Assembly: GCA_964558645.1 (NCBI GenBank)
Contig: CAZLEV010000005.1
Coordinates: 175,321 to 239,320, forward strand
DNA: 64,000 nucleotides
Direction of reading: 5' to 3'
Source of the DNA: an uncultured archaeon
GTDB lineage: Archaea; Asgardarchaeota; Thorarchaeia; Thorarchaeales; Thorarchaeaceae
Position 1 is the stretch's first letter. Every line of letters begins with the position of its first letter. Shown here piece after piece: positions 8,020 through 17,998 of the stretch. Under the pieces are notes generated by a model. The model ran no database searches, was not told where the DNA came from, and saw only the letters and a program-made list of their open reading frames with translations. Both the position numbers and the translations under genes were made by a program.

Positions 8020-10308
8020 CTAGCGTCGAATGTAGAACCGACGACTCATCTCTTCACCGAGAAAAGCAAGCACGCGTCGATCTACCATGGCAACATCATC
8101 CATCATCTTCAGAGCACGCGCCATATTGGAGAAGATGGCATTGAGATACGGTTGAGACCTCAGAGTCTCTGATTGATCAACCATCTGCAGATAGGCCTCT
8201 GTTATCTTGATCAGACCCAGCCAGTCATCTGATAGTATGAAACTGAAGTGCGTATCTGAGAAGCGCTCGGCCAACCTTGGCTGCTGGGTGCGGTCAATTT
8301 TCGCGCTGTACCGGTTCTCCAGAACTAGAGCGAACTGAAAGAGGACACTTGAGAGGGACAATGCAGTCGCCTTGATGAACTCCAAGGACTCGTCAAATGA
8401 AGAAACACTGGCCTCAACCTCCTGAAGCTTGACAGCTGAGTCATACAGACCAGAAGCAAGTTCTGAATAGTCTCTGTTCCGATAGAACAAATGAAGCGTC
8501 TTAGCCAAGCCCGTCTGGCCCCTCCAGTATTGAGCAAGAAGGGGGTCAGTGTTCTGCACGCTCTGTGTCACAGGGTCCGTGACCTCACCTGTCATCTCAA
8601 GCTTCACAGCATCGAGATTCAGCTTCGAAATAGCAAGAGCCTGCATCAGAGGGACAACATCCATGATTCCATTGTCCTGACTAGCAAGAGACCTACAACG
8701 ATTTCGAAGAGTCAGCCATGAATTGTTCATGAATGGTACGACAAGCGCTACGCCATCGATGAATACATCATCATTCGTTGCTCGAGCATCGGACAACATC
8801 CTATCGATGTCATCGAGAAGTCTCAGGAAACGATGCGGCATGGAGCCTCCGTGTCGAAGAGTCAACCAGACAGTGTTGTATGTCGCTATTGCAACTTCTG
8901 TGAATGCACGGGTGTCAGTTGGAAACAAAGGCGTGTATTGGACTAGTAGACTTCGAATAGGCGCGTAATCATCTCCAATGGGAGTCTCAAGCTTACGAAG
9001 CCTTGACAATTCTAGACCGATCTGGCTTCCGAGCAGCACCAGTTCCGATATCTTTCCGTCGCCGAGGAGTTTCTTTCTCATATCAACTGCACGTTCGAAG
9101 GCCTCAATGCCCGTGTCCCATAACTCATTGGACTCACACCCAAGACATAGCCAGCCTATCGAGTGCTCACAGACCGACAGCTCAACTTCTGCATCCTCGA
9201 TTTGCTCAAGGATAGAACGGGCGCGGGAGAGATACTCTAGAGAGAGGGTGATGTTTCGATGGTCGCTCTGAAGACCGTGTGCGAATCCAAGGGCTGCAAG
9301 GCATCTGTAAAGGTGCATGTTCTGCTCCTGGGTAAGACCTTCCATGTCCTCATAGATGCTCAGGCACTCCTCCAGTCGCTCAATGGCTTCAGGAACTCCT
9401 TCAAACCACCCGTTTGCTAGGATGTTCGACCCAATCAGGAGATAGGCGAAACCGAGGTCATCTTTCGAAGCAAGTTCAATATTCACCGCTTCTCGGAACA
9501 GAGAAGTCGCTGTATCAGCTAGTGCTCTGGCGGTCTTGTGATGAACTGCGTCATCACGGGTCTCGTTGATGGCCAACTGGAGGGTCACATCCGCCAATTT
9601 GATGCTGTCATGCTCCTTCTTAGCAACGTCGGCAAGATTGTGCAAGATGGTACGCGACTGCTGGTACATTCCCAGCTCCGTCAGAACGGCAGCTTCATCC
9701 AGAGATACATCGAAATGTGTCGCCTCCATGTCCATGTCTTGAGAGAAACCAATCAGGCGGTTCAGCAGGACATCAGCACAGTCAAACATACCTTCACGAA
9801 GAAGCATGTGAATGGCATAGTGAGACTCATGGATAGCCAGTCTGGTAGACGCTTCATGACCACGTGCGAAGAGGGCCTCAAGGGTCAGCAAAGCTTCATC
9901 GGTGAGAAAGGGCAATAGGGGGCGCAGGTTGAGACTCATGGCCATGTACATGGACTGGGTGAGGTCACCCAGAATATCCAGTAAGACTGGGATTGCATGC
10001 ACATCCGGGAGTAGCTCGCTCTCTTCTCGTCTATGTGCCGTTGTAAACCTAGTATCTAGTAGCTGAAGCATCTGAGGAAGGGTTCGGTCCTGCCTGAACG
10101 AAAGACGCACCGACAGTTCGGTGAGCTTTGCGCTGGCAATACCCGGCCTTCGAAGGAGGATCTCCTCAACTGCCCGGGCAATCTCGAACGCAAGATCGAC
10201 ATCGTCTTCTCTCCGTCTTGATATGTTCTGAATCGCTGACAACCCGTCATCAAGAGACATGGCTCCACAGAGGATGTCTCTCAGTGTGACGATTGCCATT
10301 GATTCCAA
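8020..10308 (-). CDS. Large alpha-helical (TPR-like) protein of unknown function
   Basis: 762-aa Leu/Ala/Glu-rich ORF with TPR-like segments (EAIERLEECLSIYE, GIEAFERAVDMRKKL); co-oriented downstream of the KaiC-like genes. Confidence 0.7.
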   Translation of the reverse strand: MESMAIVTLRDILCGAMSLDDGLSAIQNISRRREDDVDLAFEIARAVEEILLRRPGIASAKLTELSVRLSFRQDRTLPQMLQLLDTRFTTAHRREESELLPDVHAIPVLLDILGDLTQSMYMAMSLNLRPLLPFLTDEALLTLEALFARGHEASTRLAIHESHYAIHMLLREGMFDCADVLLNRLIGFSQDMDMEATHFDVSLDEAAVLTELGMYQQSRTILHNLADVAKKEHDSIKLADVTLQLAINETRDDAVHHKTARALADTATSLFREAVNIELASKDDLGFAYLLIGSNILANGWFEGVPEAIERLEECLSIYEDMEGLTQEQNMHLYRCLAALGFAHGLQSDHRNITLSLEYLSRARSILEQIEDAEVELSVCEHSIGWLCLGCESNELWDTGIEAFERAVDMRKKLLGDGKISELVLLGSQIGLELSRLRKLETPIGDDYAPIRSLLVQYTPLFPTDTRAFTEVAIATYNTVWLTLRHGGSMPHRFLRLLDDIDRMLSDARATNDDVFIDGVALVVPFMNNSWLTLRNRCRSLASQDNGIMDVVPLMQALAISKLNLDAVKLEMTGEVTDPVTQSVQNTDPLLAQYWRGQTGLAKTLHLFYRNRDYSELASGLYDSAVKLQEVEASVSSFDESLEFIKATALSLSSVLFQFALVLENRYSAKIDRTQQPRLAERFSDTHFSFILSDDWLGLIKITEAYLQMVDQSETLRSQPYLNAIFSNMARALKMMDDVAMVDRRVLAFLGEEMSRRFYIRR

Positions 10309-10365
10309 TATTCTTATCCCTCGACTAGGTCGAACTCGATGTGTTCCATGTTAAAAGCCTTCACG

Positions 10366-11073
10366 CTACTCAATCAAGAACTCATTCCACGAACGTGAGG
10401 TCTCTGTCCCCCGCATTCGCTCCATCCTCACGTAATGACTGGGTCCTGAATCGGAATCTTCAATTCTGAATCGTAGGACAGCATCAGCGATGTATGAAAA
10501 CGTCGCATAGGTCTTGTCATCGTGAACACCCTCCTCGAGAATGTACATGATACTGTGTGAGCCCTGTTTGAGTCGTCCGCTCAGACGTTGAACCGCACGG
10601 GGCATCTTGGCAGGATTGGAATGAAGGATAAGTGTCGAGAGGCTATCGATGACAACTCGGGCAACAACAAGGTTCTCAAGCACTTCCGAGAGAACTATCC
10701 CCAACTCACTGATATCATCCACCTTTGCAAGAGAGTAAGAACTCTTACTCTGAGGAGCGCCCATGCGTTCAGAGTAACCATCAATGAAGACGAATTGGCC
10801 GGATTCTTCGTAGTCCTCAATCGACCAACCATGACGACTCATGTCATTTCGAATGACCCTGGGAGAAACGTCGGTGGTAACAAATACTGCTGGAAATCCA
10901 AGACGAAGTCCCTCTGCAAGATAGCCCTCAGCATAGGTTGTCTTACCCGAACCTATCGGCCCGAGAAGCATGATTGATACTTGCGTCAGCTGGCCGAATT
11001 CCACCAGATCGCCAAGCATGGGAGTGACTTTGGCCGGTTCTGAACCAGATGTCTCCGAGACCTTATCGTTCAT
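10366..11073 (-). CDS. KaiC/RAD55-family RecA-like ATPase with degenerate catalytic glutamates
   Basis: Walker A GPIGSGKT, VVIDSLS, SYIADAVL, RMRGT. VTTDV stands where VTLEE is usual. Confidence 0.85.
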   Translation of the reverse strand: MNDKVSETSGSEPAKVTPMLGDLVEFGQLTQVSIMLLGPIGSGKTTYAEGYLAEGLRLGFPAVFVTTDVSPRVIRNDMSRHGWSIEDYEESGQFVFIDGYSERMGAPQSKSSYSLAKVDDISELGIVLSEVLENLVVARVVIDSLSTLILHSNPAKMPRAVQRLSGRLKQGSHSIMYILEEGVHDDKTYATFSYIADAVLRFRIEDSDSGPSHYVRMERMRGTETSRSWNEFLIE

Positions 11074-11091
11074 CTACAATACCTCTTCAGT

Positions 11092-11835
11092 CTAGCTGCC
11101 AGGACTGATCTCACCCGGCCATACTCTGATACCTTCATCAGTAATCCGCATAGAGTGAATGCGTGAGCTATGTTTCGAACCCCTCAATTTCAGTACTTCT
11201 ATCGATCGCGACCTTGATGTATCACTGATCTTCTCGTTGTAGAGCACTACTACGCCGGATGCCAGGAAGGCCTCTATGTCAAAGACACCAAGTCCCGTAT
11301 CCCGGGCGGGTATCTCGCTGGTCAGGAGTAGGGTGGTGCCCTTCGCGGTTATGCTGGCACATAGTTTGAAGAATTCCTCTCGCAGAATGTCCCGGCTCTT
11401 GAACTTGTATGCCAGAATCGAGAGGGTGTCGATCACTACTCTCTTCGCATTGATTCGATCGATGTGGCTGTGGATTATCGCCTCCAGCCCTGAAAGGTCA
11501 AAGCTGGGATACTCATACAGGTTCTTCGGTTGAGGCCGTGCAGGAGACAGGTCAACAATGGCCATCTTCTCCTGTTTCACCATCTTTTCCAGATCCATAC
11601 CGAATCTCATCATGTTCCGCTTGATTGCACTGGGGGCCTCCTCTAGAGTTACCAGAACGCCAGGTTCGTCGTAGACGGCGGCGCCCTTGTAGATGAACTG
11701 ATTGGCAAGAATGCTCTTGCCAGTGCCCGCCTTCCCTGCAACAAGTATCGTGTCACCCTTGGGAAATCCGCCCTCAATCAGGTCATCCAGACCAGGGATG
11801 CCTGTCTTAATCCGCTCAATTGTGTAGTCATTCAT
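11092..11835 (-). CDS. Single-domain KaiC-family ATPase
   Basis: IKTGIPGLDDLIEGG, GKAGTGKS, VTLEE, RVVIDT, EVLKLRGSKH. Confidence 0.92.
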   Translation of the reverse strand: MNDYTIERIKTGIPGLDDLIEGGFPKGDTILVAGKAGTGKSILANQFIYKGAAVYDEPGVLVTLEEAPSAIKRNMMRFGMDLEKMVKQEKMAIVDLSPARPQPKNLYEYPSFDLSGLEAIIHSHIDRINAKRVVIDTLSILAYKFKSRDILREEFFKLCASITAKGTTLLLTSEIPARDTGLGVFDIEAFLASGVVVLYNEKISDTSRSRSIEVLKLRGSKHSSRIHSMRITDEGIRVWPGEISPGS

Positions 11836-12164
11836 TAGTCAACACCTCTGCCATGTGAAAGACGAGACCCAAGTATCATCTTCAGGAGTGCCTCGGGTTC
11901 GGGTATGCCCGTGACAGCCACCCCTCCAATCATTATCGTAGGCAATGCAAAGACTCCGTATTCTTCTGCAACCTCGGGGTTCTCAGAGACATTGATTGTA
12001 TTGACTCTGAACATGTCAGACTCGAACTCACCGATGGTCTCCAACAGAACTTCTTCAGCACGGGGACAGAAGGCACAGGTGTCAGACTTGAAGAAGACTA
12101 TCTCTATCTGAGAGAAATCAGCGTCTTGTTCGACCGCTTCTTGACTCTCTCCATCTTCAACCAA
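11835..12164 (-). CDS. Thioredoxin-fold protein (CxxC), KaiB-like by position
   Basis: CAFCP and NVSENPEVAEEYGVFALPT. Its stop overlaps the start of the KaiC-like gene (TAATG). Confidence 0.85.
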   Translation of the reverse strand: MVEDGESQEAVEQDADFSQIEIVFFKSDTCAFCPRAEEVLLETIGEFESDMFRVNTINVSENPEVAEEYGVFALPTIMIGGVAVTGIPEPEALLKMILGSRLSHGRGVD

Positions 12165-12253
12165 TGAACCGTCTCCTGGACCGCACCGAGGCTAAGGCGC
12201 ATGAGGTAACAAATCACTTGAATGTTTCTCACACATCTCTCTGTTGTTGGAGG

Positions 12254-12631
12254 CTATTCCATGAGATGTCGAATCTTGGTGGCGGCCTTACCAACAGCCC
12301 GTGCATGGTATCTGATTCGCTTTGGCATGAGGGCTGCAAGAATGAACGGCTGACGTGTTCCTGTAACCTTCTTGAAGACTGCTTTTCCCTCAGAACAGCG
12401 AACAGTGATATCGCGGAGCTGTCCCAAGCTCAGTTCATCTCTCATCCGTTCAACAGTAGATGCAACATACCCCGACATAGCAGCGACCACCTCTCGATTT
12501 GTGGTAGGGCTTGCAGCAGAGGCCATGAGCAGGCCGTCTTCTCTAGCCAGTATGGACGCGCGAAATCCGCCCTCTCTGTTCATCTCTTCCAGGATATCTG
12601 CCAAGGCTCTGTAGTCAGGACGCTTATCCAT
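12254..12631 (-). CDS. Roadblock/LC7 domain protein
   Basis: 125 aa; GFRASILAREDGLLMAS...VVAAMS...LSLGQLRDITV matches the roadblock pattern. Confidence 0.88.
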   Translation of the reverse strand: MDKRPDYRALADILEEMNREGGFRASILAREDGLLMASAASPTTNREVVAAMSGYVASTVERMRDELSLGQLRDITVRCSEGKAVFKKVTGTRQPFILAALMPKRIRYHARAVGKAATKIRHLME

Positions 12632-12790
12632 GTCTCACACCCGGTCCTAGGACCGCATGCTCAGAATTGCGCATTGCTTATTAAACTATGACCTGCTCTA
12701 CTCTAAACCAGTAAGTATTCTCTCTGTTGAAGGATGTGTTCCGTCACAGTAGGATTTTAAGGCCGATTACTTATCAGAGATTATAGGGAA

Positions 12791-13333
12791 GTGAATAGTG
12801 TGCCAGCCGAATACCGATTCAAGGTCGTCATGCTGGGAGATGGAGCAGTAGGCAAGACTGCGCTAACCACACGGTTCACTCAAGATCATTTTAGTGCTGA
12901 TTACAAGCGTACGATTGGAAGCGATTTTGCTGTCAAGCGGTTGGTTCTACCTGAACAAGACAGTAATGTCACCCTTCAAGTCTGGGATCTTGCAGGTCAG
13001 CCCAGATTCGAAATCGTTCGACAGTCATTCTATCGCGGGGCAAGAGGTGCACTCCTTGTCTACGATGTCACCCGAAGGAGGACATTCCTCAATCTCGACC
13101 GCTGGCGAAAGGAAGCGTATGATAACACAGGCCGCGAGATTCCAGTAATTGTCGTCGCAAACAAAGTGGACCTTGAAGACAGCAGAGTAGTGCAGCCCGA
13201 GATGGGCGAGCAGTATTCCGAGAGCATCGGCTCCATATACGTTGAGTCAAGCGCATTGACCGGGGAGAACGTTGAGAAGGCATTTGAGCAGCTATGCAAG
13301 GTCATGATTGACTCGAGTAGAAGCAGGTCCTGA
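12791..13333 (+). CDS. Rab-like small GTPase (Ras superfamily)
   Basis: GDGAVGKT, TIGSDF, WDLAGQ, FYRGA, NKVD, ESSA; no C-terminal prenylation motif. Confidence 0.95.
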   Translation: MNSVPAEYRFKVVMLGDGAVGKTALTTRFTQDHFSADYKRTIGSDFAVKRLVLPEQDSNVTLQVWDLAGQPRFEIVRQSFYRGARGALLVYDVTRRRTFLNLDRWRKEAYDNTGREIPVIVVANKVDLEDSRVVQPEMGEQYSESIGSIYVESSALTGENVEKAFEQLCKVMIDSSRSRS

Positions 13334-13342
13334 AACGTACGA

Positions 13343-14482
13343 TTATTTCATGCGCCTCGGTTTCCCCTTCAGCAGACCAAGACCTTTCTTGCACTGCCAT
13401 AAGACGTAGAAGACTCGCTTGTCACGCAGGACCTCTGGATCATATTGACTACGAAGATCTTCAAATTTCTGGATAAGCTCATTGCGTCTCGAGCCGCTTG
13501 TATCTGACTTGACCTCATCCAAGAGCTGCTCAAAAGGTTCCATCACACGATCCAGCTCGGCGATGTCCCAGCGGATGATGGCTCCACTACCATCAGAGGT
13601 CAAGAATCCTCGCTCATTGTGAATCCATTCGATTCCGTCGATCTCGCTATCTGTTGTGGCTTCACCCTCTACTCTGCCGGTCTCGAGGTTCCACACGAAG
13701 AGGTTCTTGTTGGCAGACCCAGACACCAAGTACTTGTTATCCGTACTGAACACAACGGAACGTACCTCCCCTGAGTGCCCCCGTAAGACACATTTCTTCG
13801 TTAGCTCTTCTCCTGAGGAGTTCCAGACGATGATATCGTGATCGGAGGACCCGGAAGCCACGAGAGAACCATCAACGGAGAAGCGGACAACCTGCACAGC
13901 GGTTCGATGCTCTTCAATCCATTGCTTCTTCTCGCCGGTATTACCATCCCACAAGCCGATTGATGCATCAACGCTTGCCGACACTATTTTCTCGTTCACC
14001 GGAGACCATTCGCAGCTCACTACGTAGAGGGAATGACCCTTCATCCTGTGTATCTTCTCTCGATCATCAACATCCCAGATGATCATGGTTGTATCGCCGC
14101 TCCCAGAGAGCAGCTTGCTGCCATCGGGTGAGAAAGAAAGTGACAGGACTGGGTAAGTGTGTCCTTCTAGCCTGGCCAAGCATTCACCGGTTCGTATATC
14201 CCAAAGCTTCACCACACGATCGACGCCACCTGATGCGATGATGTCGCCACGCGGGCTGAAGGCGATGGATGTGCAGAGAAACTCATCCTGAAGGCGCTGA
14301 ATCTCTTCACCGTTAGAGACATCGTATAGCCGAATAGCACGGTCTTGAGTAGCTGAGGCAATCATGCGCCCAACCTTATTCATTGCGAATCTACGAGTGA
14401 TATCGCCAGCTACCTCTGCAGGAGGTTTCAATACCTTAGGTCGCAGGAAAAGGGTAATCTCTGGTCCTTCCATCTGGTTCAC
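13343..14482 (-). CDS. WD40-repeat beta-propeller protein with a C-terminal helical tail
   Basis: About 7 GH...WD repeats, e.g. LEGHTYPVLSLSFSPDG...IIWD. Confidence 0.95.
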   Translation of the reverse strand: MNQMEGPEITLFLRPKVLKPPAEVAGDITRRFAMNKVGRMIASATQDRAIRLYDVSNGEEIQRLQDEFLCTSIAFSPRGDIIASGGVDRVVKLWDIRTGECLARLEGHTYPVLSLSFSPDGSKLLSGSGDTTMIIWDVDDREKIHRMKGHSLYVVSCEWSPVNEKIVSASVDASIGLWDGNTGEKKQWIEEHRTAVQVVRFSVDGSLVASGSSDHDIIVWNSSGEELTKKCVLRGHSGEVRSVVFSTDNKYLVSGSANKNLFVWNLETGRVEGEATTDSEIDGIEWIHNERGFLTSDGSGAIIRWDIAELDRVMEPFEQLLDEVKSDTSGSRRNELIQKFEDLRSQYDPEVLRDKRVFYVLWQCKKGLGLLKGKPRRMK

Positions 14483-14565
14483 CCTGAGAAGACTTGAGTT
14501 CTCGGCGAGATGTATTTGCTAAAAGTGTTATGAATCAAGAAGGCGCGTACATATTCAGAGACCTT

Positions 14566-15132
14566 CTACATCATGCCACCGTCTTCGAGAATCTTGATTG
14601 CCAGCTCCAAGAAAGAGGCCTCAACATTCTCTCCGGTCTTGGCAGAGGTCTCGATGAACGAAGATTGAACTCCCTGATTCCCAATGCTCTCGGCGAATGC
14701 CTGACCCTCCTCAGTTGTCACGATTGTCTGCTTCATGACAGGGTTGTCCTGGAACTGCTCCCTCAGGTCAATCTTGTTGCCTATGACCACGACAGGGATC
14801 TTCTTTCCTGCATTCTTCCAGCATTCATCAAGCCAGTTGGGCAGGTTCTCAAACGAGGCTCGTTCCACAGTAGAGTAGACAGCAAGTGCGCCTTGAGCCC
14901 CTCGGTAGAACGTCGAACGGACGCTCTTGAAGTGCTCCTGGCCTGCAAGGTCCCAAATCTGGATACTCACATCGTGACCACCCTCAAGGGACATCTTTTT
15001 CACGGCAAAGTCAGCACCAATAGTGATCATATAGCTCGCCCTGAAACCCTCGCCCATGTACGTTCTTCGTAGCGAGGTCTTCCCTACCGAGCCATCTCCC
15101 ATGAGAACGATCTTGAACAACGCTGTAACCAT
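14566..15132 (-). CDS. Rab-like small GTPase (Ras superfamily)
   Basis: GDGSVGKT, TIGADF, WDLAGQ, FYRGA, NKID, ETSAK; no CAAX/CC tail. Confidence 0.95.
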   Translation of the reverse strand: MVTALFKIVLMGDGSVGKTSLRRTYMGEGFRASYMITIGADFAVKKMSLEGGHDVSIQIWDLAGQEHFKSVRSTFYRGAQGALAVYSTVERASFENLPNWLDECWKNAGKKIPVVVIGNKIDLREQFQDNPVMKQTIVTTEEGQAFAESIGNQGVQSSFIETSAKTGENVEASFLELAIKILEDGGMM

Positions 15133-15453
15133 TTTGTAACCACCCTGCGGCCTGTGAGGCTCAGAGCCGGCATCGGCCTAGTAGACCAGTTGGCCTAGGT
15201 AAGCTGGTACGACTATTTGACGTTTCCCCTACTAGATTCAACCAGTCAGTTTGATGTGGTGAGTCTTCTAACCTGCAATAAGAAGCTTCCTTGTTTCTTT
15301 TCACACAATAGTTTCGGCAACCAGCCACCTCTCGAGATGTTTATCCAATACAACGATGGTGTCGCGAAAATGTCAGAATTGTATGGGAGGAAGGTATGTT
15401 CTGAAGGTCAACAGAGGGATTACCTCTGAGCTCGTCACAGAGAGGAGAAATCG

Positions 15454-15720
15454 ATGGGTCGCACAGCACGAACATTCAGAGATGCTCTTGATATCGAAGA
15501 AAGACGCTGGGAAGAATTCAGACGCACCCTGAGGGCCTCACAGAGAGGACTCCTTGACAGGGTCTTTGAAAAGGCACGACAGCACGCTGATGCAGGTTCC
15601 ATGATTATCACCCCCCGAATCATGGAGGTTGTTCTTGTAGCGGCATTGATGGAATTGACGGCAGACCTTGAGCGACTAGATGGTCGACTCTCCCAGCTTG
15701 AACAGCAGCTTGGAAAATGA
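15454..15720 (+). CDS. Small PolB2-associated protein (arCOG07300-like)
   Basis: MGRTARTFR...W.EFRRTL with a coiled-coil tail; overlaps the polB2 start, as in known archaeal polB2 operons. Confidence 0.8.
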   Translation: MGRTARTFRDALDIEERRWEEFRRTLRASQRGLLDRVFEKARQHADAGSMIITPRIMEVVLVAALMELTADLERLDGRLSQLEQQLGK

Positions 15721-17996
15721 CGAAGATGAGAGAAATAGGATGGCTAATGGATGCCAGCATAGACACACAACAGCATGCTCTCACTCTGTGGATCAAGATC
15801 GGTGGTAAGACCCGGGGATACACCTATCACGACTTCAAGCCCTCGGTCTTTGTTTCCACCGATCTGTTGAAAGACGCTGAATGGACCAAAGACAGAATCA
15901 TAGGATTGGTGGAGGAACACCCTCTCGTTGTAGATTCGCAGGTGGTCCGGCGTTTCGTGGACGTATATGATGTTGAACCACAAGAGGTCATTGAGGTGTT
16001 CTCATCCCCCGATTCGATTCGGGAGCTGGCCGAGGATCTGGAGAGGCTGCCAGGTGCAACGGTGTTCAACGCAGATATAGATCCGATTCAGCAGTTCTTC
16101 ATAACGCGAGAGATATTTCCCTTCGGACGAGTAGAGTTGCAATTCACCGAACAGACTGTCACCAACATCAGGTGTATCGACAGTAGAGAGGCAGTTCAGT
16201 ATGAGGTGCCATATCTCCGAGAGATTCGGATTGAGGTCTTTGTGGATACAGACAGGTTGTTTCCAAGATTGGAAGACCCGATTCATCACATCGAGATAGA
16301 GAGCGACGGAGAGATCATCACCATAAAGGAGAGAAGCGAACGGGAAACCTTGGAGAGATTTCAGAGGACCATCGACGACATAGACCCGGACATCATAGTG
16401 ACACAGGGGGGTGACGAGGACCTGTTCCGCTATCTCACTATCAGATGCAGAGTCAATGATTTCGAGCTGGTTCTCTCCCGTGACGATACACCACTCCGGG
16501 TGCAATACCGTGAGCCGACCTCGTTCTGGCAATATAATAGAGTCGTGTACCGCTCCGGCAACCAAGTCATGTTCAACGGTAGAATGCATATCGATCGAAC
16601 TGAAGGTTTCTCCTATTCCCCCTCGGGCATGGAAGGAATCATCGAGGGGTGTAGACTTGCATTTGCACAGCCTCAACGCGTTGCACGGATGTCTATTGGT
16701 GGGGTGAATGCTGCGGTTCAGTTCTATAATGCATATCAGATGGGGATGCTGATTCCACCAGTAAAGAGAAACCCTGAGTTTCTCAAGTCGGTCAATGAAC
16801 TAGCCACTATCGACCGTGGAGGACTAATTCTTCAACCTCAACCTGATATCTATGAGAACATAGCAGAATGCGACTTCTCGTCCATGTATCCAACGCTCAT
16901 GGTGACCCGGAACATAAGCCCCGAAACCATCTGCACACGGGAAGACTGCCCCTTTGACTACGAGCACTGTATAGAGGTACCGGGTCTTAACTTCCGCCTG
17001 TGTAATCAGAAGCGTGGGATAGTAGCTAAGTCACTCGAACTGATTCTCAAGAAGAGGAAGGAGTTCAAGAGACTCATCCGAGAGGGAACGGACACTGCAC
17101 GGTATGAGCGGATGCAAAACACTCTGAAGGGAATCCTGGTCTCCTGCTTCGGATACCTCGGGTTCAAGAATGCAAAGTTTGGACGAGTAGAGGCCCACAC
17201 TGCAGTCACCGCACTGGCCAGAGATGTACTGCTAAGGACCCAAGAGATAGGAGAGGAGATGGGGCTGGAGATGGTTCACGGTATCGTAGACTCACTCTGG
17301 GTGAAGTCTGACAGCCCGATAGACTATGAGCATGTGAGGGACTTCTGCGAACGGGTCACAGAAACAGTGGGAATCGAAATGTCATTGAAGGGCATCTATC
17401 GATGGATGGTGATTCCTTCGTCAAGACTTCATCCCACAATAGCTCCCTTGAACCGGTACTACGGCGTCTATAGAAATGGGGCGATAAAGACCAGAGGGAT
17501 TGAAACGCGGCGGCGCGACACATGCCTCTATGTAGGGGACTGCCAACAGGAGATGATCAAGGTCCTTGCTCGTGGTAAGGATAAGGAGGGGTTTCTCGAC
17601 AGAATACCGGATGCATATGAGACGTGTAGAAGATACATACAAAGGCTCAATGAGGGGGATGTTGATATCCGGGATTTGATTTTGAACTCCCGTCTGACCC
17701 GAGAGCCACAGGATTATCGGACAACCTCACGCGCCTCAATTGTTGCACAGCAGCTCATCAAGGCAGGAAGGGAGCTACACGCCGGGCAAAAGGTACGATA
17801 CATCATGGTGGATGCAAGTTCTCAGAATCCACTCAGGAGAGTGAAAGCTCTAGAACTTCTCAATAAGAACACGCATTACGATGCCGCAGCCTATGCAACA
17901 CTGTGTTTCAGAGCCTTTGAGAATCTGATACCGGCCCAGTACATCTCAAGAACTGAGGCGTATCCCGTGTATCAATATACCAACCATGCTCACTGA
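15717..17996 (+). CDS. polB2: Family B DNA polymerase, PolB2 group
   Basis: Motif A DFSSMYP, motif B KGILVSCFGY, motif C altered to HGIVDS (PolB2 hallmark versus YGDTDS), and a degenerate exonuclease domain. Confidence 0.9.
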   Translation: MTKMREIGWLMDASIDTQQHALTLWIKIGGKTRGYTYHDFKPSVFVSTDLLKDAEWTKDRIIGLVEEHPLVVDSQVVRRFVDVYDVEPQEVIEVFSSPDSIRELAEDLERLPGATVFNADIDPIQQFFITREIFPFGRVELQFTEQTVTNIRCIDSREAVQYEVPYLREIRIEVFVDTDRLFPRLEDPIHHIEIESDGEIITIKERSERETLERFQRTIDDIDPDIIVTQGGDEDLFRYLTIRCRVNDFELVLSRDDTPLRVQYREPTSFWQYNRVVYRSGNQVMFNGRMHIDRTEGFSYSPSGMEGIIEGCRLAFAQPQRVARMSIGGVNAAVQFYNAYQMGMLIPPVKRNPEFLKSVNELATIDRGGLILQPQPDIYENIAECDFSSMYPTLMVTRNISPETICTREDCPFDYEHCIEVPGLNFRLCNQKRGIVAKSLELILKKRKEFKRLIREGTDTARYERMQNTLKGILVSCFGYLGFKNAKFGRVEAHTAVTALARDVLLRTQEIGEEMGLEMVHGIVDSLWVKSDSPIDYEHVRDFCERVTETVGIEMSLKGIYRWMVIPSSRLHPTIAPLNRYYGVYRNGAIKTRGIETRRRDTCLYVGDCQQEMIKVLARGKDKEGFLDRIPDAYETCRRYIQRLNEGDVDIRDLILNSRLTREPQDYRTTSRASIVAQQLIKAGRELHAGQKVRYIMVDASSQNPLRRVKALELLNKNTHYDAAAYATLCFRAFENLIPAQYISRTEAYPVYQYTNHAH

Positions 17997-17998
17997 CA

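Noticed and set aside
10366-12164. A bona fide circadian KaiABC clock
   Set aside because: No KaiA, single-domain ATPases, no ST phosphosite pair, and the partner is a CxxC thioredoxin; only an analogy is supportable.
15365-15380. Single TGTCAGA upstream of the polB2 operon as part of a regulon with 61908-61939
   Set aside because: A 7-mer is expected several times by chance in 64 kb, so one copy is not evidence.
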